Notes under the pieces: generated by a model
The model's input: only the letters and a program-made list of their open reading frames with translations
Told to the model about the DNA's origin: nothing
Database searches by the model: none
NCBI GenBank assembly: GCA_047947115.1
Contig: CP170459.1
Coordinates: 3,104,001 to 3,168,000, forward strand
Length of the DNA stretch: 64,000 nt
Origin: Verrucomicrobiota bacterium
GTDB taxonomy: Bacteria; Verrucomicrobiota; Verrucomicrobiia; Limisphaerales; AAA164-E04
Direction of reading: 5' to 3'
Shown here: positions 18,751 to 29,258 of the stretch, piece after piece
How positions within the stretch are numbered: the stretch's first letter is position 1
Layout: each line of letters opens with the position of its first letter
Position numbers and translations under genes: made by a program

Positions 18751-21249
18751 TTAACTCGAAACGGCTTCGCCTTCGATGTTGGCTTCCTGGGTGAATGCCA
18801 GATGATCGTCTTCGACGACAACCTGAATGGGCTGGTTGTCGCAAAGAGAGCCTTTGAGGATCTCTTCGGCCAGCGGATCTTCGAGATACCGTTCCACAGC
18901 GCGCCGCATGGGGCGAGCGCCGTAAGCCGGATCATATCCTTTTTCGACGAGGAAATCTTTGGCTTCGTCCGATAGAATCAGTTCGATATTTTTCTTTTTC
19001 AGTCGGGTTAAAACTTTCTCGGTTTCGAGGGTCAGGATGGTGATTAAATCCTCGCGTCCCAGCGAGCGGAAAACGATCACGTCATCCAGGCGGTTGAGGA
19101 ATTCCGGTTTGAACGAGCGTTTGGCTTCCTCCATGATCTTGTCCTTCATGACCTGGTAGTCGCCTTCTGCCGAAGGTGAACCGAATCCGATACCTCCTTG
19201 CTGGCTCGCCTGCTGTGCGCCGACGTTTGAGGTCAACAGTATGACCGTGTTGCGGAAATCAACGGTCCGGCCCACGTTGTCGGTCAGTTTGCCTTCTTCC
19301 AGAATCTGAAGGAGCATGTTCATGACGTCCGGGTGAGCCTTTTCGATCTCATCGAACAATACCACCGAGTAGGGCTTGCGGCGCACTTGTTCGGTGAGTT
19401 GACCGCCCTCTTCGTAACCGACGTATCCGGGAGGTGACCCTACCAGTCTTGAGACAGTGAACTTCTCCATGTATTCGCTCATGTCGAGCTGGATTAGACA
19501 CTTCTCATCGCCAAACATATGTTCTGCAACGGTCTTGGCCAAGAGTGTTTTTCCAACACCGGTGGGACCCAGCAATGCAAAGGTTCCAATGGGGCGCCTG
19601 GGGTCCTTCAAGTCCGCTCGCGAGCGTCGCAGGGCCTTGCATAGGGCTGAAACGGCTTCGCTTTGGGCAATGACAATGTCGGACAATTCGCTTTCCATGT
19701 CCAGCAAGCGCTGGATCTCTCCGGCTTCCATGCGTTTCAATGGAACACCTGTCCACTTAGAAACTACCTGCAGCATGTCATCTTCGTTGACTTCCACCCG
19801 TTTTTCGTCACGTGAGGATTTCCATGCGGTCAGGATGGATTCGAGTTTCTCCTTGGCTTGCTTTTCCTTGTCCCGCATCGAGGCCGCCTGCTCGAAATCC
19901 TGTTCCTTGATGGCTTTTTCTTTCTCAATGCGGATGGATTCGATTTCCTCCTCGAGATTCTTAACATCGGGCGGTCGGGTCATGGAGGCGATACGGGCGC
20001 GGGCGCCTGCTTCATCCATCACGTCGATCGCCTTGTCTGGGAGAAAACGTCCGGTGACGTAGCGTTCGGACAGCTTGACAGCCGCTTCGATCGCTTCATC
20101 GGTCAGGATAATGTTATGATGCTCTTCATATTTGCCTTTGAGTCCCTGCAAAATGAGGATGGCATCTTCTTGTGATGGTGCTTCGACTTTGACGCTTTGG
20201 AAACGACGTTCCAATGCGGCGTCTTTTTCGATATATTTGCGGTATTCATTCAGCGTGGTGGCGCCGATGCACTGCATTTCACCCCGACTGAGAGCGGGTT
20301 TGATGATGTTGGACGCGTCCATCGTTCCTTCGGCGGAGCCGGCGCCGACGATGGTGTGTAATTCGTCGATGAATAGAATCACATTCTTGGTGCGCCGTAT
20401 CTCATCCATGATGGCCTTGATGCGTTCTTCGAATTGACCACGGTATTTGGTGCCGGCAACCATCAATGCGAGATCAAGGGTAATGACCCGTTTTTCTCTT
20501 AAAATTTCAGGGACGTTGCCTCGGGCAATTTCCTGGGCAAGCCCTTCCACAATCGCTGTTTTGCCCACGCCTGCTTCACCCAGCAATACCGGATTATTTT
20601 TGGTGCGCCGGCACAGCACTTGAATGACGCGTTCAATTTCATCCTGACGCCCAATGACAGGATCCATGTCGCCTCTACGTGCGATTTCTGTCAGGTCGCG
20701 ACCGAAGGCCTTCAGAGCAGGGGTTTTGACTTCGCCCTTTTTCTCTCCTTTGGGGCCGGCGCCTTCTTCCATGCCCACAAATTCGTCCCCTCCTTGGAAA
20801 TTAGGATCGACTTCGCGCAGGATTTCGGTGCGGGTTTGCTCCAGATCAATGTCCAGGCCTCTCAGGACCTTGGCGGCCACTCCGTTGCCTTCACGCAGGA
20901 GACCCAGCAAAATGTGCTCGGTGCCGACGTAGGTGTGGGCGAGTTGCTTGGCTTCTTTGGCTGCCAAATCAAGCACTTTCTTCACTCTCGGCGTATAAGG
21001 GATGGTGCCGGCGACTTTATGATCAGGTCCGGGTGGGACGTGTTTTTCGACCTCCAGCTGAACGGTTTCCAGATCGAGTCCCATCTTTTTGAGCACATTG
21101 ACGGCGACTCCCTGGTCCAGCTTGATCAAACCCAGAAGCAGGTGTTCGGTTCCCACATAGTTGTGGTTGAAACGGTCTGCTTCTTTTCTCGCCAGTGCCA
21201 GGACTTGCTGGGCTCTGGGAGTAAAGTTGTTGAAAGCGTCTTCACTCAT
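18751..21249 (-). CDS. clpC: ATP-dependent Clp protease ATP-binding subunit ClpC
   Basis: Two Clp-N repeats (GTEHLLLGL), Walker A GEAGVGKT and [11 protein letters not shown] coiled coil, GIGF ClpP-docking loop. Confidence 0.93.
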   Translation of the reverse strand: MSEDAFNNFTPRAQQVLALARKEADRFNHNYVGTEHLLLGLIKLDQGVAVNVLKKMGLDLETVQLEVEKHVPPGPDHKVAGTIPYTPRVKKVLDLAAKEAKQLAHTYVGTEHILLGLLREGNGVAAKVLRGLDIDLEQTRTEILREVDPNFQGGDEFVGMEEGAGPKGEKKGEVKTPALKAFGRDLTEIARRGDMDPVIGRQDEIERVIQVLCRRTKNNPVLLGEAGVGKTAIVEGLAQEIARGNVPEILREKRVITLDLALMVAGTKYRGQFEERIKAIMDEIRRTKNVILFIDELHTIVGAGSAEGTMDASNIIKPALSRGEMQCIGATTLNEYRKYIEKDAALERRFQSVKVEAPSQEDAILILQGLKGKYEEHHNIILTDEAIEAAVKLSERYVTGRFLPDKAIDVMDEAGARARIASMTRPPDVKNLEEEIESIRIEKEKAIKEQDFEQAASMRDKEKQAKEKLESILTAWKSSRDEKRVEVNEDDMLQVVSKWTGVPLKRMEAGEIQRLLDMESELSDIVIAQSEAVSALCKALRRSRADLKDPRRPIGTFALLGPTGVGKTLLAKTVAEHMFGDEKCLIQLDMSEYMEKFTVSRLVGSPPGYVGYEEGGQLTEQVRRKPYSVVLFDEIEKAHPDVMNMLLQILEEGKLTDNVGRTVDFRNTVILLTSNVGAQQASQQGGIGFGSPSAEGDYQVMKDKIMEEAKRSFKPEFLNRLDDVIVFRSLGREDLITILTLETEKVLTRLKKKNIELILSDEAKDFLVEKGYDPAYGARPMRRAVERYLEDPLAEEILKGSLCDNQPIQVVVEDDHLAFTQEANIEGEAVSS

Positions 21250-21521
21250 AGTTCTCTTTAACCAATGCTACGAAAATATCGTGTTGTCCAGTCTTTCGCT
21301 GGAACGTTCTTGCGTAAATGTTCACCGAGTTGTTCAACCCTCGGTGGACCACTGCTGATAGATGCCTCTATGAATACGACTTGAATGGGATGAATACCAC
21401 CCGGGGCACTTCTCGACTCACGGACGAACTATAGGCAAATTCGGGCTGAAAACCAGCTTTTTCACGGAATAAATCGCTACACCACTCAACAGATCGGCAT
21501 TCTCAGCCCGGACTTGTAGTA

Positions 21522-22775
21522 TCAATCAATTGCTTTTGATTCTTTTCGGAGCCAATCAGAACAAACCAACAGGCTCCTTGGGTGATGAAAAAAGCTCTTC
21601 CAGAGGTTGCCTTTGGCGGTGTTTGCGATGGAACCGTCTCGGTGTAGGTATCCATACCATTCACCATGAACAGGATCAGTAAAATGTTTAAAAGACCAGT
21701 CGTGCACTGCCTGGTGGATGGATGCATATTTGGCTTCGCCGGTAAGCTGATAGGCCATGATTGAGGCAATCATAGTTTCGTCGTGAGGCCACCAGAACTT
21801 CATATCGTGCCAGTATTCCTGAACCGGCTTGTTGTAGATGTCTGTGAAGTATAGAAGTCCACCATGCTCGGTATCCCAGGAGCGTTTCCAGGTCATTTCC
21901 AGCATCTGGCACCCACCTTTGATCCAGTCCTTGCGCCCCTCTCGGGTCCCAGCCTCCATCACGAACCAGGCGGCTTCTATGGCGTGTCCGGGGTTAAGAG
22001 TGCGACCTTCCAGGTGATCCGACACGGTACCATCAGTGTGAGCGGTTTCCAGCACGCAGCCGAGCTCGGGTTTTACGAACCATTCAAGGATTTCGGTCAC
22101 CATTTGTTCGATCACTGATTCCCGATGCGGATTTGAACCAAGTTGGTGGTTGAGTTCCAAGGCGGTAACCAAAGTGATCATGCGTGGCGTGAGTCCGATC
22201 AGAGGTCTCTCATCCGTGAACTTGGGACTGAATTCTGCGGGGGATTCAAAATTCCACCGAATGAAATGTGCCAACAGCTTTTCAGCACGATCGGCGGATG
22301 CTGAATTTCCTGTTGTGCGGGCGTGGGCTGCGTACGCGATGGCCGCAAAGGCTTCGCTGTAAGCGTAACGGCGTTTCCGGATCGGTTTGCCTTCGTGTGT
22401 CAGTTGGAAGAACATCCGGCCATCGGTATCGAATCCGTGTTTATTCAGGAAACCGAGACCGCTTTCCGCCCATTCCAACCAAGCTGGATGTGCTTCCAGA
22501 TCCTGATAACACCGGAGCAGCATCCAGACCATTCGACCTTGGATCCAGACGGACTTATCCGTCTCGAAGATCGAACCATCCCTGTCCAGGCAGGAGAAAA
22601 ACCCACCGTGCTCCTGATCCAGGCATCGTGGAAACCAAAAGGGAAGGATGTCCTCCAGCAGACTTTCCTGGTAGAGGTCCGCCATCATGATCCGGTAACC
22701 GGGATCTTTGATGGACACGTCTCCGAGTTCTTTGGAAATGCGTTGTTGAATAGGCTGATCGGATGATTTGGCCAT
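21522..22775 (-). CDS. N-acylglucosamine 2-epimerase (AGE family)
   Basis: DKSVWIQGR, PGHAIEAAWF, KFWWPHDE, GEWYGYL, KGNLWKSFFHHPR. Confidence 0.9.
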   Translation of the reverse strand: MAKSSDQPIQQRISKELGDVSIKDPGYRIMMADLYQESLLEDILPFWFPRCLDQEHGGFFSCLDRDGSIFETDKSVWIQGRMVWMLLRCYQDLEAHPAWLEWAESGLGFLNKHGFDTDGRMFFQLTHEGKPIRKRRYAYSEAFAAIAYAAHARTTGNSASADRAEKLLAHFIRWNFESPAEFSPKFTDERPLIGLTPRMITLVTALELNHQLGSNPHRESVIEQMVTEILEWFVKPELGCVLETAHTDGTVSDHLEGRTLNPGHAIEAAWFVMEAGTREGRKDWIKGGCQMLEMTWKRSWDTEHGGLLYFTDIYNKPVQEYWHDMKFWWPHDETMIASIMAYQLTGEAKYASIHQAVHDWSFKHFTDPVHGEWYGYLHRDGSIANTAKGNLWKSFFHHPRSLLVCSDWLRKESKAID

Positions 22776-22813
22776 GTTGGGCAGGTTCTTTCGAATGCTT
22801 GTTTTGTTTGTTC

Positions 22814-24220
22814 CTACTCAACGACCAAGGCTGGTTCGGGCAGAGTTCTCTGTATTTCTTGCATGCGATAGCCAAACCCGTGGCCTTGAATGGTCGATGT
22901 GTCCAGCATCCCGTGTTGACGTCTGTAAATTCCGGGGTGAACGATGCGTTCCGGAGCGCTGGCCTCCGGGTAAAACTGCATGGCATTGGTTTCGACACCC
23001 ATAATGGTCCCGGTGTGGGAGGCGAGTTGAACGTGCGGGATTTGTGCCAGCATGGGATTGGTCAGGTCCTGCACCATCAATGTCATGCCGTGTGCTTTTG
23101 CCCAGCATGCGCTCAGAATGGCGCCGCTTTGGGTTTTGCAGGTTTTCAGGGCCACTCCTGTCCAGCCCAGTTCGCGGCCCAGGCGCACCAGCTTCCAGTC
23201 GTGTGCACTTTCATCAAGGAACAGAGGTTTGCGGGATGAAACGGAATGGACGTCGATCGGGTGTTCTTCCAGTTCGTAAGGAAAGGGTTGTTCGACATAC
23301 AACAACATCCCGTAGATCCGGGGAGAAGTGTCCCTGAGTCGGTCCAGAATATCATCCACATAGGCCGGATCAGTCACCGTGCAGTTGAAATCTGCGGTCA
23401 ACCATTCTACGTCTTCTTCGATGCTGATGGTGCCTACCTGACAAAGTCGGTTGAAATCCCAATCGGCATCGTTGCCTCGCAGTTTGATTTTGAGACATTT
23501 GAGGCCGTCCTTTCTGATCCAGTCTCTCAGCAGGACAGGATATCCATCCTCCGGTTCATGTCCGGTCAGATCATCTTCGCTAATCGGGTCCACTCCGCCC
23601 ACCAGGTGCCAGGCCTTTAACTGATGAGGCGGATTTGGGATCAGGTAATCGGACGGAAACTTGCCGCAAAAGTCGATTTGCATGCCGTGGGCCGGTGTTA
23701 AATATCGGGACAAATCATGGGCAAGGCATTCGGGAGCATAGCATTCATAGACAGGACGCTGATTGGCTTTGCCCCATGCGTCATGGATGGCGATGTCGAA
23801 CAAGGACATGCAGACCAGTGATGCCAGCCACGGCATGGGGTCCTTTCCTTGGCGGTGTTCGGTGTTGAACGCGTTCCAAAGATCGTGCAGCCGGGTTTCC
23901 TGAAATTGCCAGCCCCATTCCAGCGCGTCCGCCTTCAGTTCAAAATGCACCATGGCTTTTGCCAATTGTTCGCAGAACCGCTGCATGCATTCAAGTCGTT
24001 CAACGTAAGGCAGGCTGCCTGGCCAGACCCATTGAACACTCAAGGGGGTTTCTCCCCATCCTTCGTGGAGAGAGCCGTCGTTTGTCTCCACCTGCACACA
24101 CGTCCGTGCCACCATGACGTTCGTCAACGTTTCGATGCCGAATTTCAATGGCATGCGCGTTTCTACCGGGAGATAATATAACCGGACACTTTTGGTTCGG
24201 ACCTGGGCAATGGTTGACAT
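22814..24220 (-). CDS. Enolase-superfamily (mandelate racemase-like) enzyme
   Basis: GWGE, KIKLRG, ADFN, VEQP, LDES, ALKTCK metal/catalytic pattern. Confidence 0.8.
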   Translation of the reverse strand: MSTIAQVRTKSVRLYYLPVETRMPLKFGIETLTNVMVARTCVQVETNDGSLHEGWGETPLSVQWVWPGSLPYVERLECMQRFCEQLAKAMVHFELKADALEWGWQFQETRLHDLWNAFNTEHRQGKDPMPWLASLVCMSLFDIAIHDAWGKANQRPVYECYAPECLAHDLSRYLTPAHGMQIDFCGKFPSDYLIPNPPHQLKAWHLVGGVDPISEDDLTGHEPEDGYPVLLRDWIRKDGLKCLKIKLRGNDADWDFNRLCQVGTISIEEDVEWLTADFNCTVTDPAYVDDILDRLRDTSPRIYGMLLYVEQPFPYELEEHPIDVHSVSSRKPLFLDESAHDWKLVRLGRELGWTGVALKTCKTQSGAILSACWAKAHGMTLMVQDLTNPMLAQIPHVQLASHTGTIMGVETNAMQFYPEASAPERIVHPGIYRRQHGMLDTSTIQGHGFGYRMQEIQRTLPEPALVVE

Positions 24221-24289
24221 ACCGAGAGCATGACTTATTCAGGTTGCCGGCTTCAAGTTTCCGTTGCGAATTCGTTCATGGAACCCGGG

Positions 24290-25156
24290 CTAGCGTTTGC
24301 CTACAGGGATGAAGGGAGCACGCAGTTTCCGGTAGATCCAGGCTTCCAAGGGGCGAAAATAAAGCATGTAGGGGAGTAAAGGTGAATAGACCAGTCGCAG
24401 GCGTATGACGGACAGGAGCATCGTCAGAGAGGATCTGAAAAGTGTCTGGGTTACCTTGGAACCCAATTTGTCGGTCCATTCCGTGGGAACTTCCACGACG
24501 TCAAATCCGCCGCGTTTCAGCAGGTAGAGAAGGTTCACATCAAAGGCCAGATCCGCTATCATGAGGTTTTGATGGATCTCAACAATGGGTGTTTTGCGGA
24601 AAACCTTGGCGGGGCATTGGGTATCCAGATAGCCGAGGTCAAACAGCCAATGTACAATACGGTGAAAGACCCGACTGACAAATTGTCGTGTCAGTGTCTG
24701 GCTTTGATGAAGTTTTGCGCCCGGCAGCCAGCGTGATCCGATGACACCGTCGTGATGGTAACATTTTCGGAGCAAGGCGAGCATGGCGGACGGAGGGGTG
24801 GCTCCATCGGCGTCTGTGTATCCGATGATGTCCGTGTCCGGCGCCAGTTTGAGTCCCTCGATCAATGCGCCTCCCTTGCCGATCGCCGCCTGAAACTCGA
24901 TGGCCTCAATTTCTGGAAACGTTTTGGAACAGTCCTCCACCACATGCAGGGTGGCATCCCGGCATCCGTTCAACACCACCATGAGTCGAATGTCTCCCGA
25001 GAAGTGTTCCCTGAAGTAGGTTGCGTATTCGTGCAAGGTGCCGGCAATGCGTTCTTCCTCGTTGTAAGCTGGAATGAGCAGGGTGAAGTGGAGGTCCGTT
25101 TCCTTGGGGAGGGCCTTTTTCTCTGCTCTGTTTGTGTTGTTGGTTGATGCCGGCAT
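24290..25156 (-). CDS. GT2 glycosyltransferase, dolichyl-phosphate glucosyltransferase-like
   Basis: IPAYNEE, GKGGAL, DADG, GSRW, DTQC, FDV. Confidence 0.85.
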   Translation of the reverse strand: MPASTNNTNRAEKKALPKETDLHFTLLIPAYNEEERIAGTLHEYATYFREHFSGDIRLMVVLNGCRDATLHVVEDCSKTFPEIEAIEFQAAIGKGGALIEGLKLAPDTDIIGYTDADGATPPSAMLALLRKCYHHDGVIGSRWLPGAKLHQSQTLTRQFVSRVFHRIVHWLFDLGYLDTQCPAKVFRKTPIVEIHQNLMIADLAFDVNLLYLLKRGGFDVVEVPTEWTDKLGSKVTQTLFRSSLTMLLSVIRLRLVYSPLLPYMLYFRPLEAWIYRKLRAPFIPVGKR

Positions 25157-25162
25157 GAGGGG

Positions 25163-26242
25163 TTAACGGTGGGCTCCTGCCAGGACGTCCTTGGGTTTCA
25201 TGGGAATGTCAAAGGGTTCCAGAGGCATGGGGTCCCGGTGGTTCAAATGGGTTTTGCAAATGGTCATGAACTCCTTTTTGGACGTGGTTCGGCGGATGCT
25301 GTTCAGGAAATCTCCCTCCGGTTCGATGCCCAGTGCGATGAAGTTGATGTATTTTTTCAGGCGCATGACGTGTGCTTTTTCCTCGTAGGGTTCGATTGCA
25401 AGGGTTTCGAACAATGTCTCAATATAGGTCAACACGTCCAATCCGGTCGGAACCGGAATGGGAACTCCTTTCATGGCCGCACGGATCTGATCAAAGATCC
25501 AGGGATTTCTAATGGCTCCGCGGCCAATCATCCAGCCGGCGCTTTCACTGGTCTTGAGCACTTCCAGAGCGTGGGTTGCCGAGTGAACGTTTCCATTTGC
25601 CAGGACCGGGCATCTGACGGATCGGGAAGCCTGGCGAATGGCGTCATAGTCGACCGCGGAACGGTACATTTGTTTCACTGTTCGACCATGCACCGTGAGG
25701 AGATCGATATCGTGGTTGGCAAAGACTTCCAGCAATGATTCGTATTGGTCCGTGTTTTCAAAACCGATGCGGGTTTTCACGGTAAAGGGAATATCGAGCG
25801 CGTCCCGCAATGCGCTGATGATTCGATTCACCCGTTCCGGCTCGCGCAACAGACCGCCGCCCGCGCATTTTTTGTAAACGATGGGGGCGGGGCATCCCAG
25901 ATTCAGGTCGATGCCAGCGATGGGGTGTTGTTCCAGTTCCTTCGCCATACGGATCAGGGATGGAATGTCGTTGCCGATCATCTGTGCCACCACCGGGCGT
26001 CCGGTTTCGTTTTGATCGATTGATCGAAGGATGAATTTGCCGGGGCGGCTCGTGGAATGAACACGGAAATATTCGGTGAAGTAGACATCCGGTCCACCGA
26101 ATTGATGCATCACCTTCCAGAATTCAAGGGACGAAATGGCCTGCATCGGCGCCAGCGCTGAAAAAGGCTGGTCCGATTTCAGAAGACGGCGGAAATCAGC
26201 GACCGGAGATTCTGAGGTGGATGGAAGGGTTTTATCCAGCAT
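25163..26242 (-). CDS. tRNA-dihydrouridine synthase family protein
   Basis: LAPM, DLNLGCP, VKTRIG, VHGRT, ANG, MIGRGAIRNPWIF. Confidence 0.92.
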   Translation of the reverse strand: MLDKTLPSTSESPVADFRRLLKSDQPFSALAPMQAISSLEFWKVMHQFGGPDVYFTEYFRVHSTSRPGKFILRSIDQNETGRPVVAQMIGNDIPSLIRMAKELEQHPIAGIDLNLGCPAPIVYKKCAGGGLLREPERVNRIISALRDALDIPFTVKTRIGFENTDQYESLLEVFANHDIDLLTVHGRTVKQMYRSAVDYDAIRQASRSVRCPVLANGNVHSATHALEVLKTSESAGWMIGRGAIRNPWIFDQIRAAMKGVPIPVPTGLDVLTYIETLFETLAIEPYEEKAHVMRLKKYINFIALGIEPEGDFLNSIRRTTSKKEFMTICKTHLNHRDPMPLEPFDIPMKPKDVLAGAHR

Positions 26243-26257
26243 GACGGCCTTGGTTCC

Positions 26258-27382
26258 TTAACGTATTTTTCGGATAAACCATATGGAGGTTCCGCCAAAA
26301 ATGACATTGGGAAACCACGCGGCCAACCAGGGTGAAAAGGTGCCTCTTGTGCCCAGCGCCAAACCCAGGCGCATTAAAATAAAGTAGGTGAAGCAAAAGA
26401 AAATACTCATCGACACACCGGCAAACACATTGCGGCGTCCGGATGGAGCCCCGAACGGAATCGCAATCAGGACCACCACCAGACAGGTCCAGGGCCAGGC
26501 GATGCGGCCGTGGTATTGGGTCGCCAGTTTGGGACGCATCTCTTTGGGGATCTCGGGGTGTAATGCGTAGTAGTGGCTGATTTCGGACAGTGACAGTTGG
26601 GCTTGTTTGGCCATCTTGACGCTGCTGAGCATGGAGATTTTCAGTTCGCTTTTGAACTGTTCGGGTGTTTCGGTGTATTCAGGTTTCTCAAGAATTTTCG
26701 AAGTTCTGTTTTCGATGCCGTCATCGTCGTTGGTGGGTTCCACATAGATTTCGTTCACATCGTGGAACACCCACATGGAGTTGGTCCAAATGGCAGATTT
26801 GGCTTCGATTTTGTATTGTTGCAGATCGGAACTGTTGTCCGTCACATAAACTCCACGCATCTCGGACGTCTCGGTATTGTAACGTTTGGCAATCCAAGTG
26901 CGGCCATCGCGAAGATTTCTAAAAGTGGCTTGATCATGCCAGGCATAATCATAGGCGTTGGCGCCACCTTCCTGGTGCCTTTGCATCAGGGCAGCCGATG
27001 CATTGGCGCTTTGAGTGCCCCAGGTTTCATTGATCAAAAAGAGAAGCAGGCTCAGGAGGATTCCCACCGTGAAATAAGGGGCGCATAGACGAAACCAACT
27101 CACTCCGGCCGCCCGCATGGCGATCAGTTCGTTGTAACGGGCCAGCTGGGTGAGGGCATACAGCATGGCCAACAGGAGAGTGATGGGCAGGATGGTCGAC
27201 AAGAACTCGGGAATCTTGATCCAGTAATAGCTCAGGATGTCACCGAAGCCCATGTTGGCGTCTTGAAAGTCTTCCGCCGTGCCGAGCCAGTCGAACGCGA
27301 TCCAAAAGATCAGAAAGCCCACCAGGCAGTAGCTTAGTGGGATCAATAATTCTTTGGTGAGGTATCTGTCCAGTAATCGCAT
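26258..27382 (-). CDS. LptF/LptG-family LPS export permease (LptG-like)
   Basis: MRLLDRYL, NELIAMRAAGVS, AIPFG, AAWFPN; start moved from 27535 to 27382. Confidence 0.88.
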   Translation of the reverse strand: MRLLDRYLTKELLIPLSYCLVGFLIFWIAFDWLGTAEDFQDANMGFGDILSYYWIKIPEFLSTILPITLLLAMLYALTQLARYNELIAMRAAGVSWFRLCAPYFTVGILLSLLLFLINETWGTQSANASAALMQRHQEGGANAYDYAWHDQATFRNLRDGRTWIAKRYNTETSEMRGVYVTDNSSDLQQYKIEAKSAIWTNSMWVFHDVNEIYVEPTNDDDGIENRTSKILEKPEYTETPEQFKSELKISMLSSVKMAKQAQLSLSEISHYYALHPEIPKEMRPKLATQYHGRIAWPWTCLVVVLIAIPFGAPSGRRNVFAGVSMSIFFCFTYFILMRLGLALGTRGTFSPWLAAWFPNVIFGGTSIWFIRKIR

Positions 27383-27552
27383 GATCGTTCGAACCGGATT
27401 GGAGCACAAAGCCTTCAATGACTCAAGGCTTCTTGATGGGGAGGCGGATAAATAAACCGATTCATTTCTGACAAGTTGGATGCCTTGACCGCGGTGGTTG
27501 TTCCGATGTTTGGTTTGATTTATAACGTTTGCCAAAAGTAATTTCAGAAAAA

Positions 27553-27591
27553 ACTCTGCGCCACTGCGTCTCTAGCGCAGCGGGCGTGAGA
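27553..27591. repeat. Short CTCTGCG/CTGCG-type intergenic repeat
   Basis: ACTCTGCGCCACTGCGTCTCTAGCGCAGCGGGCGTGAGA. Confidence 0.45.
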
Positions 27592-27810
27592 ATAAGAAGC
27601 ATCAGCGAGCCCTTATGCGCAAATACTTTTGGCAATCAGTATAACAGGCGTCGCGGACATGCGGCGGCAAGTCACTACCGGTAGATCCTAAGCTGGGCAC
27701 CGTTACTGAGGGGCCGCGAACGCGTTCAAGGTGTTCGATCTCCTTGTGCGCCGTTCGAATTCCAAACCTGATGCGCAGCAACAAGTCCCTGCTGGTTGGG
27801 GGTGTTCCGG

Positions 27811-29199
27811 TTATTTCTCGGAATAGTTCGCTCCGTTGTCGGGTGGCATGGAACGGTGCCAGTCGAGGAGTTGGACGGTCAGATTGCGGGCAATTTCAAG
27901 GTGTTGCCGTGCCACGTTGGTGGTTTCACCACGATCTGTTTCCATATCATACAATTCCACATGGCTGCCATCGTACTCACACAGCAGCTTCCATTTTCCG
28001 CTTCGGACGGCCAGGTCGGGCAAATCATCCACGCCGTAAAAGGAGTCCCGGTCGGGAGGTCTGCGGAAAAAAATGGGAGCTTGACGGGATGCTTCAGATT
28101 GGCCAGTCAGTACTTTTGGCAGGGATTCACCATCGTAGATCACTCCTTGAGGTGGTTTTGCTCCAGCGATGTCCAGCAGGGTTGGAACCAAATCGATGGC
28201 GGAAAAAACGGAGTTACGATTCACCACGTTGGTCTTTTCAATCAAGGACGGGCCCCAGGCGATCAGAGAGGAACGTATACCGCCTTCGTAGAGGTGTGTC
28301 TTGTATCCCCGGAAGGGTCCCGCGACGCCGGCGCCCTGTTCCGGGCCGTTGTCCGAGCAGATGAGGATGAGTGTGTTGTCCCGGAGTTTGGGATTGTTTC
28401 TGACAAAATTAAATAGCCGACCGAACTGTCGATCCATCTCCTGGAGTACCGACAGGTACAGCTCCCGTTTTCCGCTGCCCCATTTATCTACCGGGGGCCA
28501 GAAGGGGCTGTGCACATCGTCCGGCCAGACATTGACGTAAAAGGGTTTGTTCTCTGACATCGCCTGTTCCATGAAAGGGAGGGCTTCATCGATGAAGCCG
28601 CTGGTGATCTTTGATCGTTGCATCCATCGAAATCCTTCGCCCAACCGTTCTGCATTGCCCCAGATTTTTCCGGGCTCCTTGTCGCCCGGTTTCAGAGTCA
28701 GTGGCAGGATTTTGGGCCCCATGCCTTCAAAGTTGGTCAATGAGGCGTCAAATCCATACTCTGTGATGGCGGGTGCTTCGTCCACATCACGTTGTCCTCC
28801 CATGTGCCACTTGCCGAAGTGTCCGGTCGCGTATCCTGCTTGGTTAAGTGAGCGCGCCAACATGGGCGCGGATGGATCGAGCCATTGCGCCATGCCCCGC
28901 TTTTCATTCATGGCGCGATGCGCGAGATAGGAGGTGATCTTCCATCGTTGGGGGTATTGACCGGTGGAAATGGCGGTGCGCGAAGGTGAACAGATGGGGG
29001 AGTTGACGTAGAACTGTTCAAAACGAATCCCTTCGCTTGCCATTTTGTCCACGTTGGGGGTTTGCGCCGCCTGGTTGCCAAAACAGGAAAAGTCGCCCCA
29101 GCCCATGTCGTCAATAAACACGAGGATGATGTTCGGTTTGGCGGCCTGGAGCGGTCCCAAGGTGAAAAGCAACGTTAGAATAAGGCTGAATCGCTTCAT
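27811..29199 (-). CDS. Secreted Cys-type (formylglycine-dependent) sulfatase
   Basis: Signal peptide; PNIILVFIDDMGWGD, CSPSR, GKWH, SDNG, LYEGGIR. Confidence 0.93.
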   Translation of the reverse strand: MKRFSLILTLLFTLGPLQAAKPNIILVFIDDMGWGDFSCFGNQAAQTPNVDKMASEGIRFEQFYVNSPICSPSRTAISTGQYPQRWKITSYLAHRAMNEKRGMAQWLDPSAPMLARSLNQAGYATGHFGKWHMGGQRDVDEAPAITEYGFDASLTNFEGMGPKILPLTLKPGDKEPGKIWGNAERLGEGFRWMQRSKITSGFIDEALPFMEQAMSENKPFYVNVWPDDVHSPFWPPVDKWGSGKRELYLSVLQEMDRQFGRLFNFVRNNPKLRDNTLILICSDNGPEQGAGVAGPFRGYKTHLYEGGIRSSLIAWGPSLIEKTNVVNRNSVFSAIDLVPTLLDIAGAKPPQGVIYDGESLPKVLTGQSEASRQAPIFFRRPPDRDSFYGVDDLPDLAVRSGKWKLLCEYDGSHVELYDMETDRGETTNVARQHLEIARNLTVQLLDWHRSMPPDNGANYSEK

Positions 29200-29258
29200 G
29201 ATGTGAATGGTGGTTTTGATATGGATGATTCAGGTTTTGCCTTGAAATGCTTGAAGGG

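Noticed and set aside
21250..21520. CtsR or CIRCE operator upstream of clpC
   Set aside because: Neither the heptad direct repeat nor TTAGCACTC-N9-GAGTGCTAA is present.
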